Assembly: GCA_951406725.2 (NCBI GenBank)
Contig: OX597815.1
Span: 49,910,001 to 49,974,000 of the forward strand
Direction: 5' to 3'
Length of the DNA: 64,000 nucleotides
Source: Octopus vulgaris
Lineage: Eukaryota
Below, piece after piece: positions 12,055 through 25,101 of the stretch. How positions within the stretch are numbered: the first letter of the stretch is position 1; each line of letters starts with the position of its first letter. Below the pieces are notes generated by a model, which saw nothing but the letters and a program-made list of their open reading frames with translations, did not search any database and was not told the origin of the DNA. A program made the position numbers and the translations under genes.

Positions 12055-12236
12055 ATCATCATCGTCATTTAACGTCCGTTCTCCATGCTAGCATGGGTTG
12101 GACGGTTCGACCGGGTTCTGGGAAGCCAGAAGGCTGCACCAGGCTCCAGTCTAATCTGGCAATGTTTCTACAGCTGGATGCCCTTCCTAACGCCAACCAC
12201 TCCGTGAGTGTAGTGGGTGCTTTTTACGTGCCACCT
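12055..12236 (-). mobile_element. RTE LINE 3' UTR fragment (young)
   Basis: Close match to 12861-13047; CpGs retained. Confidence 0.85.
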
Positions 12237-12325
12237 GTAGGAGACTAATGTATATATATAGATATATATATATGTATATATAGATATATATATGTATATA
12301 TATAGATATATATGTGTATATATAT

Positions 12326-12360
<35 letters not shown>

Positions 12361-12469
12361 TATGTATTCATATATGTGTGTGTGTATGTATAAATATATA
12401 TATACATATATATATATTTGTATCTATATATACATAAATATATGTGTGTGTATATAAAATGTATATGTT

Positions 12470-12805
12470 GAAGGTGCATAGCTCAGTGGTTAGAGTGCTG
12501 TACTCACAATCATGAGGTATTGAGTTTGATTCCTGGACAGATTTGTGTTTTGTAGTCTTGAGCAAGACACTTTATTTCACGTCATTTCAGTTCAGCCAGC
12601 TGTAGAAATGAGTCGTGACATTACTAGTACCAAACTACATCAGCCTTTGCCTTTCCCTTGGATAACATCAATAGTGTGTAGAGGGGAGGCTGATATGCAT
12701 GGGCAACTGCTGGTCTTCCATAAACAACCCTGCCTGGACTTATGCCGTGGAGGGTAACTTTTGAATTGCAACTTCATGGTTATTCATGACCGAAGGGGTC
12801 TTACC
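12470..12805 (+). mobile_element. tRNA-headed SINE, family C
   Basis: A box-like tagctcagtggttagag and B box-like gagtttgattcc. The head is related to 20030-20255 and 54280-54590. Confidence 0.75.
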
Positions 12806-12860
12806 TTTATATATATATGCATATAAATATTATGTATGTAAATGTATACGTATATATATA

Positions 12861-15105
12861 TCATCATCATCATCATCATCATTTAGCGTCCGTTTTCCAT
12901 GCTAGCATGGGTTGGACGGTTCTACTGGGGTCTATGAAGCCAGAAGGCTTCATCAGGCCCAGTCAAATCTGGCAGTGTTTCTACGGCTGGATGCCCTTCC
13001 TAACGCCAACCACTCCGTGAGTGTAGTGGGTGCTTTTTACGTGCCACCCGCACTGGTGCCAGACAGAGCTGGCAAACGGCCACGAACGGATGGTGCTTTT
13101 TATGTGCCACCGGCACGAGGGCCAGGCGAGGCTGGCAATGGACACGAAACGGGGCGGTGCTGGCAACGGTCGCGAAACGGAAAGTTCTCTTACATGCCAC
13201 CGGCACTGGTAACACATCTGCAATTTCCATTGATCGATTTCCATTGATCGATTTCGATTCTGATCCTCACTTGCCTCAACACGTCTTCACAAGTAGAGTT
13301 TTGTGTCCCAAGAAGGGAAGGTATGCATACGTAGGCTGGCTCCATCCCATGTAGAAGGCCACAGGTTGTGGACTCACTTGTCCTGCCGGGTCTTCTCGCG
13401 CACAGCACACTTCCAGAGGTCTCGGTCTCTAGTCATTTCCTCAGTGAGACCTAAAGTTCGAAGGTCGTGCTTCACCACCTCGTCCCAGGTTTTCCTGGGT
13501 CTGCCTCTTCCACAGGTTCCCTCAACCGCTAGGGTGTGGCACTTTTTCACACAACTATTTTCATCCATTCTCGCCACATGACCATACCAGCGCAAACGTC
13601 TCTCTTGCACACCACAACTGATGCTTCTTAGGTCCAGCTTTTCTCTCAAGGTACTTACACTCTGCCGAGTGTGAGTACAGGCATTACACATCCATCGGAG
13701 CATACTGGCTTCATTTCTAGCGAGCTTACGCATATCCTCAGCAGTCACGGCCCATGTTTCACTGCCATGTAGCATGGCTGTTCGTACACACGCATCATAC
13801 AGTCTGCCTTTCACTCTGTGCGAGAGGCCTTTTGTCACCAGCAGAGGTAAGAGCTCTCTGAACTTTGCCCAGGCTATTCTTACTCTAGCAGTTACACTTT
13901 CAGCACACCCGACCCCGCTGCTGACTTGGTCACCTAGGTAACGGAAACTATCAACTATTTCTAGTTTTTCTCCCTGGAAAGTGACGGAAGTTGGTCTCAG
14001 AGCATTTTCAGTGTTTATTGTTCCTGAGCATCTGCCACATACAAAAACCATCTTCCTAGTTAGCCTTCCTTTGACATTGCTGCATCTCTTATGTGTCCAT
14101 AGCTTACACTTGGTGCATCTTATAGAGTTTCTACCTACACCTTTTCTACAGATCGAGCAGGGCCATCTACCTGAAGGTGTTTGTGATTTGTCTACCTTCC
14201 TACTGATTACGACTTTGGTTTTAGCTAGATTGACTCTGAGGCCCTTCGATTCTAATCCTTGTTTCCACACCTGAAACTTCTCCTCCAGTTCTGATAGCGA
14301 CTCAGCAATTAGAGCAAGGTCATCAGCATAGAGGAGCTCCCAGGGGCATCCTGTCTTGAATTCCTCCGTTATTGCCTGGAGGACTATGATAAATAGGAGG
14401 GGGCTGAGTACTGAGCCTTGGTGGACCCCTACCTCTACCCGGAATTCTTCACTGTACTCATTTCCAACCCTCACCCTACTAGCGGCGTCCCTATACATGG
14501 CCCGCACAGCTCTCACTAACCATTCATCTATCCCTAGTTTTCTCATTGCCCACCAGATAAGGGATCGGGGGAACCTGTCGAAGGCTTTCTCCATGTCAAC
14601 AAAAGCCAGGTACAGGAGCTTATCTTTGGCTAGGTATTTCTCCTGCAGCTGCCTTACCAGGTATATAGCATCAGTAGTACTTTTCCCTGGCACAAACCCA
14701 AACTGCATCTCATCTAAACTAATTCTCTCTCTAATTAGTTGGGCTATGACCCTCTCCGTAACCTTCATCACCTGGTCCAACAGCTTGATACCTCTGTAGT
14801 TATTTGTATCTAGGGCATCACCTTTACCTTTGTAGCAGTTGACTATTATACTGCTACACCAGTCATTGGGTATGACCCCTTTGTGTATCACCTGATTAAC
14901 TATATGGGTGACTAGGCTATAGCCGACACTACCAGACATTTTGAGCATCTCTGCAGTGATTCCTGATGGGCCTGGGGCTTTCCCTGTCTTCATGCTTCTA
15001 ATTGCCTTAGCTACCACAGAACTATCAACTCGGATAGCTGGTCCCTCTGTTGGGTCAACAGGATAGCTGGTCCCTCTGTTGGGTCAACAGGTCCCTCTGT
15101 TGGGT

Positions 15106-15110
<5 letters not shown>
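12861..15110 (-). mobile_element. 5'-truncated RTE-clade LINE inserted in a TA-rich microsatellite
   Basis: RT ORF, ~500 bp 3' UTR, (gat)n tail, and a tandem stutter at the 5' junction. Confidence 0.95.
13374..15059 (-). CDS. RTE LINE reverse transcriptase, 5'-truncated (no APE domain), with a PHD-like Cys/His insert
   Basis: Motifs KAPGPSG, YRGIKLL, QFGF, FVDMEKAFD, GVHQGSVLSPLLF, LLYADD, FRYLG, RLRWYGHV and RGRPRKTW. No stops over >547 codons; the frame extends to VDPTEGP at 15059. Confidence 0.93.
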   Translation of the reverse strand, partial: VDPTEGPAIRVDSSVVAKAIRSMKTGKAPGPSGITAEMLKMSGSVGYSLVTHIVNQVIHKGVIPNDWCSSIIVNCYKGKGDALDTNNYRGIKLLDQVMKVTERVIAQLIRERISLDEMQFGFVPGKSTTDAIYLVRQLQEKYLAKDKLLYLAFVDMEKAFDRFPRSLIWWAMRKLGIDEWLVRAVRAMYRDAASRVRVGNEYSEEFRVEVGVHQGSVLSPLLFIIVLQAITEEFKTGCPWELLYADDLALIAESLSELEEKFQVWKQGLESKGLRVNLAKTKVVISRKVDKSQTPSGRWPCSICRKGVGRNSIRCTKCKLWTHKRCSNVKGRLTRKMVFVCGRCSGTINTENALRPTSVTFQGEKLEIVDSFRYLGDQVSSGVGCAESVTARVRIAWAKFRELLPLLVTKGLSHRVKGRLYDACVRTAMLHGSETWAVTAEDMRKLARNEASMLRWMCNACTHTRQSVSTLREKLDLRSISCGVQERRLRWYGHVARMDENSCVKKCHTLAVEGTCGRGRPRKTWDEVVKHDLRTLGLTEEMTRDRDLWKCAVREKTRQDK

Positions 15111-15144
<34 letters not shown>

Positions 15145-15596
15145 GCACATATACATATATATACGTATATATATATATATATATATGTCTATACACACAT
15201 GCACACACATACACATATACAGGGAGAGAGATGTTTGATAAAACAATAGAAGAAGCATTCAATATTTTAAAAATAGTTAAATATTTTTGGGAGTGATCAT
15301 ATGTTGTATCTATGAGTATTATTGTTTAACATTCCTAGCATGGATTGGATACTCTTACAGCATCTGACAGGTCCAAAGTGTAAATTGTAGCCATTATCTA
15401 CTTTGGCATAGTTTCTGCATCTAGATGCCCCTCCTAATGCCAACCATTTCACTAAGTGTGCTCGGTGCCTTTAACATGGCACCAGCACTAGTGAGACCAT
15501 GATGCAGCCTGCAAAACTTAGCTCCCCATTCATTGCATAGGGTCTAAAATATAGAGTGGGGTGGGTAATTTTATGCTAGGTAAAGAAGGATTAGAG

Positions 15597-15936
15597 CAGG
15601 GAGTTCTCAACCCCTTGATTACTATTTTTTATTCTGATAGACCCCCCATAGCCATTTGAAGTTTAAAAACTTGTTTTATAGACACTCCTTTTAAAATTCT
15701 TATTTTGATTTTTTTACATGTTAACTTGTGATGGCCAAACTATGTAAAATGTTGGAGAAAGAAACCTTACTGTTTCTTGCAATATATACCAATACATTCA
15801 TCTAAAGCAAAATATTTTCAGGGACCTTTAAAATACTATTGTGGACCCCCAATTTACTATTTTGTTACATGGACACCCCTCACCAATATCTGATATGGAT
15901 CCTCAGGGCCACATGGACTCCATTTGCGAACCACTA
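15597..15936 (+). mobile_element. hAT-type MITE
   Basis: Termini cagggagttctcaac ... tttgcgaaccacta. Interior matches 34783-35058 in reverse; attagag occurs in both flanks. Confidence 0.7.
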
Positions 15937-16479
15937 GCCATTAGAGTGTGAGAGGAGGTGCCAGGAGAAGCATTTTGTTGTTGAGGAGTGACTGGTTTAT
16001 TCACATTGCAGAAAAGAGTTTGGAAATGACTGGGACAAAGCTAGAAAGGAATTAAAGTAGTGGAAGTGAGTGAGGGCAGGAGAACAGAAAGAGAGGAAGG
16101 GGAGGCAGAGGTTGCATTATCCTATGAAGGAGTGAGAGATGGTTAGAGATAGAGTAAAGGTAAGAGGGAGGATATAGTTAAGAACAAATGTGAAGGGTTA
16201 AGTAAAGAAAGGCAGGGAAACAGGAAGAGTAGGTTCTCAGGTATAGAAAATTGGTAGAATTGACAGATAACCAATGGTAGACAAGGTTAGCGAAGGTAGA
16301 AGAAAGGGGAAAGCTAAAAGGGTGGTGAGAAAGGAAGAGTGAAGAGTTGCAGAACAGTAATGATGATGATGATGATGATACAGATGTAGAAGAAGAAAAG
16401 GAGAGGGAGATGTGTGGTTATGTTGCCATTAAAGAGGTAAAAACCTTGTTTCTTAACTACCGTGTTTCACTCAGTCATT

Positions 16480-18505
16480 ACAAAGTCAGTAACTTGAAGT
16501 GCTATTATGAAGCAAGTCTCACAAACATTTTGCATGATTAGCCGCCGCTTAAATCAGAATTACAGAAAAGCAATTTAATTGGGTTAAAATCATCTCTAAA
16601 TAGCAAGTAGATAATGTTGACAAGATTCAGTAGTGAAGCCAATACAACGACTGATGCTAATTTTATTACACCATGGGGTAATATCCATCATACTAAACAG
16701 CAATATTCTGATGATGTTTTATTAAGAAGAATACTGCTGAAGTTGTTAAATCTTTTGATCAAAGTAGAAAGACCCCACTAAGCTTTAATGACTAATAGCA
16801 CAAACACCAACTTGATGTACTTCAAAGATGCATACATCCCCCAGATTGGTGCTGATGTTGCAAACAAAATGTAAAATGATTAAAAGAATTTCCTGGCATT
16901 CAGCTTAGCTCTGGATGAATCCACAGACATGCAAGACAATCAACAAGTGGCAGCTTTTTGTTTATTGTGTTTTCTCTACTATAACAGTTAAAAAAAAAGT
17001 ATTCTTGGACTTGGTGACATGAAAAGAAACAGCTAATGGTGTTGACATGAAAAATGCTGAGGAGAGAGCCTTCATGAATGCTGATGTTTCACTAAATATA
17101 CTCAATGATATTGCAACAGAGGGAGTACCTACAATGATAGTGGGGAAAAGGTAGCACAGACCGTTAATGGTGTTGACATGAAAACTGCAGAAGAGAAAAA
17201 CTACATGAATACTGATGTTTCACTATATATACTCAGTAATACTGCAACCAATGAAGTACCTCCAACAATTAGGGGAAAATGTATGTGTATTTATGGAAAG
17301 TAGTCCTAAGTTGCCTGGATTTTTCTTTGTTCATTGTTTTCTTGACCATGAACCCTTGGTAGCCACATACTTCAGGTATGAAGGTGTTATGAAATCTGTT
17401 GATGAAATTGTCAATTTTATATGCTTAAACTGGAAGCTCCTCTGACATTTCAGAAAATTTCTTGAAGAACTGGAGCTTGAAGATAAACTTAGTTATGTAT
17501 CTTTCAACTCCACTGAGAAATGGCTGTCAACCAGTGATGTCTTGAGCAATTTTGTGGATCTGTGGGACCCTGTTATTATGTTCATTTATGGGAAGAGAAG
17601 ATCCTACCTTCAACTGGAAAAATGATGAATGGGCACCAGAACTACAGTTCCTTACAAATATAATGAATAATCAACTATCAATTTGGTTTTCCAAGGAAGA
17701 GTTAAGATTATTTTTAATGTTATGCAGACAATTTACAGCTTTCAGAATAAAATTTTTACAAAGTATAATGTAAGGAGTTTTACAAAGTACAGGCATGACT
17801 GCGTAGTTAAGAAGTTCACTTCCCAACCATGGGGTTTTGGGTTTGATCCCACCGTGTGAAACCTTAGGTTTCTTCTACTATAGCCCCAGGCTGATTGAAA
17901 CTTGTGAAAGGATTTGGTGGACAGAAACTGAAAAAAGCCAATCATATATGTATATATATGTGTGTGTATTCATATGTGTGTATGCATGTTTGTCTCTTTA
18001 TCTTAACATCATGTCACAGTTGTAAATGAGTGTCACAGTTACACAAGTAATGTCATTTCTTTTTAATCTTCCATGAAATCATTTCTGGTCATGGGGGAAA
18101 TATCACCATGCTTGGAAATAGGTAAAGGTTGGTGACAGGAAGAGCATATATCTAAAGAAAACTTAACCTCAATGAACTCTACCCAAATCACACAAGCAGA
18201 GAAAAGGGAATGTTAAAACGGTGATGATCATATATCATAGAGAAATTTCATCCACTTTCCCAGTCTCAATAGAAGAGTAAATATCTTTCTTGACTTGGAA
18301 TAAAATGCTACAAACTGGAAGAATGCAATGGTAAATTGCTAAGATTGCTTGATCATTTCCTTACCAGTTTTCATACTTGTTTGCATTTCTTGTAAATTTC
18401 TCCATATTTGATGCAGACATTTCTAGTCCAATTTCAAAATCGGCTACTGTAGCATTGAGATTACGAGAACTACAAGAAGACCTAGGTCAAGAAATGGTCT
18501 ATATA
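16480..18505 (+). pseudogene. hAT (Charlie/SPIN/GTF2IRD2-like) transposase relic, interrupted by a SINE at 17790-18230
   Basis: AFSLALDESTDMQD, IATEGVPTM, VHCFLDHEPL...VMKSVDEIVNFI, KWLSTSDVLSNF and LQFLTNIM occur in order, with stops and frameshifts. Confidence 0.85.
17790..18230 (+). mobile_element. SINE family A with RTE-type tail
   Basis: Family A head, central (TG/TA)n, then ggtaaaggttggtgacaggaagagcat...gttaaaacggtgatgat. Confidence 0.75.
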
Positions 18506-18850
18506 GAGCTTCCATACTACAAGAGAGTTCCTGAACGCCTTACTTCCCTGGGCATGGACACATTGAAACTCCGACGTCTGGCAGCTGACTTGGCAGACAC
18601 CCATAAAATTATCAACCATCGTACAAACAATAACTCTGAGCACCTTTTCAAACTCCACCCATCTAACACCCGTGGACATATTTACAAAATCAGAAAACAG
18701 CACTGCATCCTTCAAAACTTCCATGCTGACAAGCATGTATCCAACTCATACATTACATTACGGCATGTACTTTATATGCACTTTCTGACAAGTTGTGGTG
18801 CACCTGAGCACTGTATACAATAATTTCATTATTATTATTATTATTATTAT
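18505..18850 (+). pseudogene. CR1 LINE 3' fragment with internal deletion
   Basis: ERLTSLGMDTLKLRRLAADL...SNTRGHIYKIRKQH; the tail gagcactgtatacaataa is followed by (att)n. Confidence 0.85.
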
Positions 18851-20029
18851 TTTAAAGAAAACTTTAGTTACAAGGACATAAACACACCAACATCAGTTGT
18901 CAAGTGGTGAAGGGTGACAAACACAAAATCAAAGATGCACACACATACACATACACACAACAGGCTTCTTTCAGTTTCCGTCTACCATATCCATTCACAA
19001 GGCTTCGGTCAACCTAAGGCTATAATAGAAGACACTTACTTAAGGTGCCAGGCAGTGGAACTGAACCCAGAACCATATGGTTGGGAAGCAAGCTTCTTAC
19101 CACACACCCATACCTACTCTAATCTATAATTTTCTTAATTAGTTTGCCTGTTTTTTAAAACTATTTTCCTCAATGTTTTGAACAGATATTTACTAAGACA
19201 ACCATGGAATATATTTCTGTTTTCCTCTCTTTGAGTTTATTTCTATATCTTTTTTTTTATCGGATCACAGCAATGCTTAAGTACTGCTTTGAAGGGTTTT
19301 AGTCCTTTTTTTAAAAAAAAAGTCTGGTACTTGTTCTGTCAACCTCTTTTGCCAAACTACTAAGTTAAGTGATGTAAATAAACCAACACCAGTTGACGAT
19401 TGATGGTGGTAGTGGTGGTGGGGATAAACACAGACACAAAGACATACACATATGTACACAAACATGCACACACACACACACACATACACACACATATACA
19501 ACAAATTAAAAAGGGTGGCTTACTAGCAATTAGAACCCAAAGGCAAAATTAATAGAGGTCACAAAAGTGACAGAGGGTACTGACTAGCACCACTTTTGCT
19601 AAAGATAAGAGTTAAACTAACTCAAAGCCACAAATGTAGTCTTAGGTGACTAACAAAGGGAGGTAACTCCCCAGCATACATACCAAGATCGCAATTTTGG
19701 ATTTTGATGTAGACCTTCTTAATCCCATATATATGTACAATGAGTACCTTTCAGTTTCCTTCTACCAAATTTACTCACACAGCTTTGGGCAATCAAATTT
19801 TAAACAACTGAAATACAGATTTGCATTTCTTTCTTTTATTTTTAGATGTTCCCACAGTTCATTGACATTAAATACAATCTGTATAGTTAAAACAATTATT
19901 CATGAAGATTTTAAAAACACTTGGGATAAATGTGATGTGATTACTGAAGCTCATGGTTATTGGTAGATTGGAAAACTATGTGTATGAGTAATTACTATGT
20001 TCTACACACATATCTTTTTTTTTTTTTGC

Positions 20030-20255
20030 ACCCTTTTAAAGTCTAGCCAGGCTCTTGGGCCCGGTTTCCTGGTTTCTATGGCATATGTATTCCCCAGCTG
20101 GATGGGACACCAGTCCATTGCAGCGTTACTCATTTTTTCCAGCTGAGTGGACTGGAGCAACATGAAATGAAGTGTTTTGCTCAAGAACACAGGAATCGAA
20201 ATCACAATCTTACGATCATGATGCTGACACCCTAAACACTAAGCCACGCGCCTCT
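20030..20255 (-). mobile_element. SINE family C
   Basis: Minus-strand head aggcgcgtggcttagtgtttagggtg...tcgattcc...cttgagcaaaacacttcatttca. Confidence 0.8.
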
Positions 20256-20334
20256 ACTCTACACACATATACTGAAATATAAATTTCCTAGCTGTGTGGT
20301 TAAGAAGCTCACTTTTGCAGCCACATGGTTTTGG

Positions 20335-21435
20335 GAGAGGTGGATGTTGAACATTTTTCATCCCAGGCTCCAATGACTGACGAGGTGGCTAGTCTCTCCT
20401 GATATAGTGGGAACCTCTTTTACAGTTGTCCCATTCACGCAGAAAGCAGCAGTACTTGGTGTATCCACCCTGCAAGCCCATTACAAGAGCAACAATCTTT
20501 AAGTCACCACAGAACTGCCATTGATGTTCATCATATCTTATGCCTTATAACATATGTTTTGTATTCTTCTAAGTTTCTTTCATGTATGGTGCATAGCCCA
20601 CAAGAACTGATAGTTCGCTACTACCATTATGCAGCAAGACACCTTTCAGACTTGTTTTTGATGAATCTGTGAACAGCCTTTAGTGACTGGGTTCGTATTC
20701 AATACCAAGTGCTTCCATCAGACCATTAATGTTGTTGCAGGTCAATAAATCACCTTCCATTGTGAAGAAATTGCTGAACTGCTGCTGACGGTAACAAAAT
20801 TTTGAAATCTTCACATCAACTGCTAGGAGATTCCACTGTTGAGGCTCTGCCCTAATTTCAAGTAGTAGTAGATCTTTGACAAGCTCATGGAAATCCCCTT
20901 GTGTTATGAGATGTGGCCTAGAGGAGTGTGTTTCATCAAAATTTGGGTCACTCTGTAATCTAGCTCTGTCATCCTTTTCTGCTTCCTCCTCACCACTTTC
21001 CTCATCTGAATCAAAGGATACCAATGTTGGTGCATCAGAAACAGATAGACCATCTTCATGTAAAACTGGTCGAATAGCTGATGGAATGTTTGAATATTCA
21101 ATGGACTCTTTTTTTCTTCTTTGACAAGCCTTTTTGTACTGGGGTTACCATGCAGAAATATCAATTGTTGGTATGGCCCCCATCACGTTATTGGCACAAC
21201 AAAAGGCATTCCTTTCCTCTTCCTGTTCAACCATTTGCAAGGGTTAGTAGCACAAGTATTACAGCATATGTGAGGAGCCCAATTCTTATCCTGGTCACCA
21301 ATCTTGCATCCAAAATATAGGTGATATGCCTTTCTAACCATAGCAGTTATACAATGCTTCTGTGATGCAAAGGTCACCCTACCACAAATGTAGCAGAAGT
21401 TGCCTGCCTTATTCACACAAGTACAAGGCATCTGA
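20335..21435 (-). pseudogene. DNA transposase pseudogene, most likely Chapaev3 (CMC superfamily)
   Basis: FCYICG...YFGCKIGDQDKNWAPHICC, PHLITQ...LVKDL, RLFTDSSKTSLKGVLLHNG and WQFCGDLKIVALVMGLQGGYTKYCCFL. An acceptor ttttctttcag lies directly before the ATG. The family name comes from recall of these motifs. Confidence 0.75.
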
Positions 21436-21789
21436 AAGAAAAAAAACAACAAACCATTAGAAAATAAACAGAAAATTTATTCTTAAATTTATCATTATCA
21501 TACAAAGCATGACAGCTTAGTAGAATTATTTATATTATTCAGTAGGAGAATGAAATTAATATAAAATGTCTCACATGCATATCAAAAGCTTGCTCGATGA
21601 ATATTTATTACAAGTTTTAAAAAGTGTTTGACTAGGAAAAATCACCTATCTTTCAACTCAGAGTATAAACTTGCACAGCATAACCACCTTCTATTACTGC
21701 TGGAACGATATTGAAAGGTAGTGAGACTGTGAGTGTGGTAAGAAACACACAGCCACAAGCGTGTTGGAACCTGTTGTGACACGTAGGTG

Positions 21790-22402
21790 TATCTTGTAAA
21801 GCAGAGCTAACAAACGAATCTAACTATGATATTCATTATCAGCGACCTAAAATTAGTTGGAAATTTCTATTGGTCTTGGAAGCGTTTTTGTTGTTGACCT
21901 CAGTACAGCTTATGACCAAGCATGTTCACTAGATGTGGTGCAACTGAGTTCCAGTGTCTTTTCAAACTCTGAGTGTGCCAACTTTAGTCCAAAGGCACCC
22001 ATCATAGCCAAGACAATTGAATCCCCAAAGCCAGATGAAGAACACTCTGCTGTGATCCGAAAAGGAAAACCCTCTCAATGTTGGTTTTGTGGTTATTCCA
22101 GACACCCATGCACTCATTTTGCTCAGAAAGCAGTCTGTCACAAATGCCAAAAAGTAGGGCATTTTGGAAAGCTTTGAGGAGCAACACAGCAACTGTGACA
22201 CATAAAGATGATAAAGGATCTATGATTGGCAGTTTCAGCATCAGATTCCTGCCTTTGAAGCTGACGGCAAATAATGGCAGTATACTAGGATGCCATTCAG
22301 AGTAACTAACAGTAGTGCATGTTTCCAACATATAATGGATGACTTTGTAAGTAAATACAAGCTGCAAGATATGTTCCCATTCATAGACAATTTAACTATA
22401 TA
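21790..22402 (+). pseudogene. Ty3/Gypsy LTR retrotransposon relic (gag zinc knuckle fused to an RT fragment)
   Basis: CWFCG...CHKCQKVGHF, then AFEADGK*WQYTRMPFRVTNSSACFQHIMDD...FIDNLTI. Confidence 0.8.
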
Positions 22403-22509
22403 GCCACTCCCTCTCTCTCTCTGATCATCAAATGTGCATGCCCTTTATATCAAGGGAAGTCACTCAAATCATAGCACAATTTGCATATCATTAATTTGCA
22501 TAACAATGT

Positions 22510-23090
22510 GCAAGTGTGGCTGTGTGGTAAGAAGTTTCCTTCCTTTTCACATGGTTCTAGATTTAAAATCACTGCATCACACCTTAAGCAGATGTCCTCT
22601 GCTATAGCCCTGGGACAAACAAACCTTGTGAGTGGAGTTGGTAGAAGGAAATTGCAAGAATCCTACCATACACACACACCTATATGTGTGTGTATATATA
22701 TGGCAGGCTTCATGTACATATATGTATACACGTATGTATGCATGTATGTACGTACATGCATACAAACATAAATACATACATATGTAAATATGCATGTATG
22801 CATGTGTATGTGTGTGTGTGTGTATGAGTTGTTGGGTGTTACTGTGTCATTGCCTTGTTATCACATAACTGCAAGTAGAGCTCTTCATTTCCAATCTTCC
22901 ATAAAAACATGTCTGGTCATGGGGAAATATTATTTTGCTTGGAAACTGGTGAGGGTTGGTGACAAGAAAGGCATCTGGTCATAGGCAATCTAACACAACA
23001 AAATTCCATCCAATACATGCAAAAATGTAAAGCGGACATGATGATGATAATGATGATCATGATGATGATAATGATTATGATGATGATTAC
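22510..23090 (+). mobile_element. SINE family A with RTE-type tail
   Basis: Head gtggctgtgtggtaagaagttt; tail gagggttggtgacaagaaaggcatc...gcggac(atg)n. Confidence 0.8.
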
Positions 23091-24179
23091 TGTACACAAA
23101 CCTTAAGCAGGGCTTATATCTTAATACCATTTAACTATTGTTAAACACCAGCTGTTCTTAGCAACCAAACAAATTGAAAGATAAAATTGCATATTATTTT
23201 AGCACCCCTAATAATGATAACAAAATATCCAAAATGAATTTCCAAAGATATTATGGGTCAATCGGGTTTCATTATTAAGTAAAACTGAATCATTAATTTC
23301 TTTTGATATTCTTTGTGTTGTTATTCACTACCTTCTATTAATCTCCTGTCCAATTCCTTTTCTTATTTCCTTTTTATTTTCTTCAAAATTTTCTCTCGTT
23401 CACAGTCATGTTAGGATGAATTTTTAATATGAATGAAATGATTTTAATAGAAATATCTTGAATTATAAAACAAAATATTAAAAAAAATTAAAGAATCTAA
23501 GAAATAGGAAGAGAGATAAATAAACAATGAAAAAAATATTGACTGAGAGAGAGAGTGGTGAGGAGGAGGACAGAGTTAAACAGTGATGACAGAGGGAGAA
23601 AATAGGATAATATAGTGACACAGAGAGAACTAGAAAGACATAAAGAGACACAGAAAGACACAAAGAGAAGTACATTTATAAAGAGAAGAAAATTAAAACT
23701 AAAACAAAAAATGCATAGGAAAACTAAAATATGTTGTATAAAAGTGATATAAAAAGCAGCTGTAATAGTAATGATGATAAAAGTTAAGTAAAACAAAGTC
23801 AAAGAAGTCTTCTGTTGAAAGAATAAGACATCTTACAACTTGAATAAGAAAAACAGAAACACAAAAGCGTAACAACAATAAATATATGAAATGATTGAGG
23901 AGGATCAATAGATGAATATTTAGTGTTGTAAATGCTTGTTTAAAGTGCTTGTGTGGCCGCACCTACAGTTATATGTATATTTGTGCCATTAGATACTATA
24001 GAAAAGACAAAAGATATATAAAAAAAAAGAAACAATTATGAAAATATATGGGAGAGGAAATATAGAGAAAAAAAGGGTAATACAAAATGTATAAAAATAA
24101 ACTTTATTATTTTAATCAATAGTATGACAAATAAGAAAACATGGATAAAAATATGGACGACATATTCAGGTTCTTATAT

Positions 24180-24840
24180 TTATGAGTGGGTGTTTATATG
24201 TATGTGTATAAGTGTGTGAGTATGTGTGAATGTATACACACTCATGCATACACAGATACTAACACACACACATACATTCATATATATAAAGACCAAGATT
24301 TTATATCTATATGTATGTGCATATAAGTATATATATATACATACATATATGTGTATGTGTATACAAATATATATATATATACATACATGTGTATCTGTAT
24401 ACAAATATATATATATCTATATATACATATATGCACACATGTACATATCTATCTATATATATATATATATACACACACATATATGTACAAACATACATAT
24501 GTATATAGATTTGCGTACATGGATAATTATCAATATCTACATAAATGTAGACAAATATATATACATATATAAATATTTTGTATGGCAGTATGCATATATG
24601 CACCTACATACATATAAACATATATATACATACTTGTATGTATACATGCATATATATACACGCATATATATATATGCATGTATTTAGCTATATTTTTATA
24701 GTTATATATATGAAACTATAACAATATATTTAAAATAAATATAGATATAATATTTTGTTTATGTGTTTATGTTCGTAGATGTAAACACTTTCTCCCTCTT
24801 GCTCTTATACATACATTTATATATATGTACATATATATAT

Positions 24841-24885
<45 letters not shown>

Positions 24886-25059
24886 CATATATATGTATAC
24901 ATACATATATATATATACATAAATATATATATTTATATATACATACATATATATTTATATATACGTATGTATACATATACATACACACATATATACATTC
25001 ATATACTTATACATATATATATATATATATCTATAGATTAACATGTATACATACACTTA

Positions 25060-25101
<42 letters not shown>

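Noticed and set aside
13981-14799. Plus-strand ORFs of 97 and 147 aa
   Set aside because: They are antisense shadows of the RTE reverse transcriptase frame.
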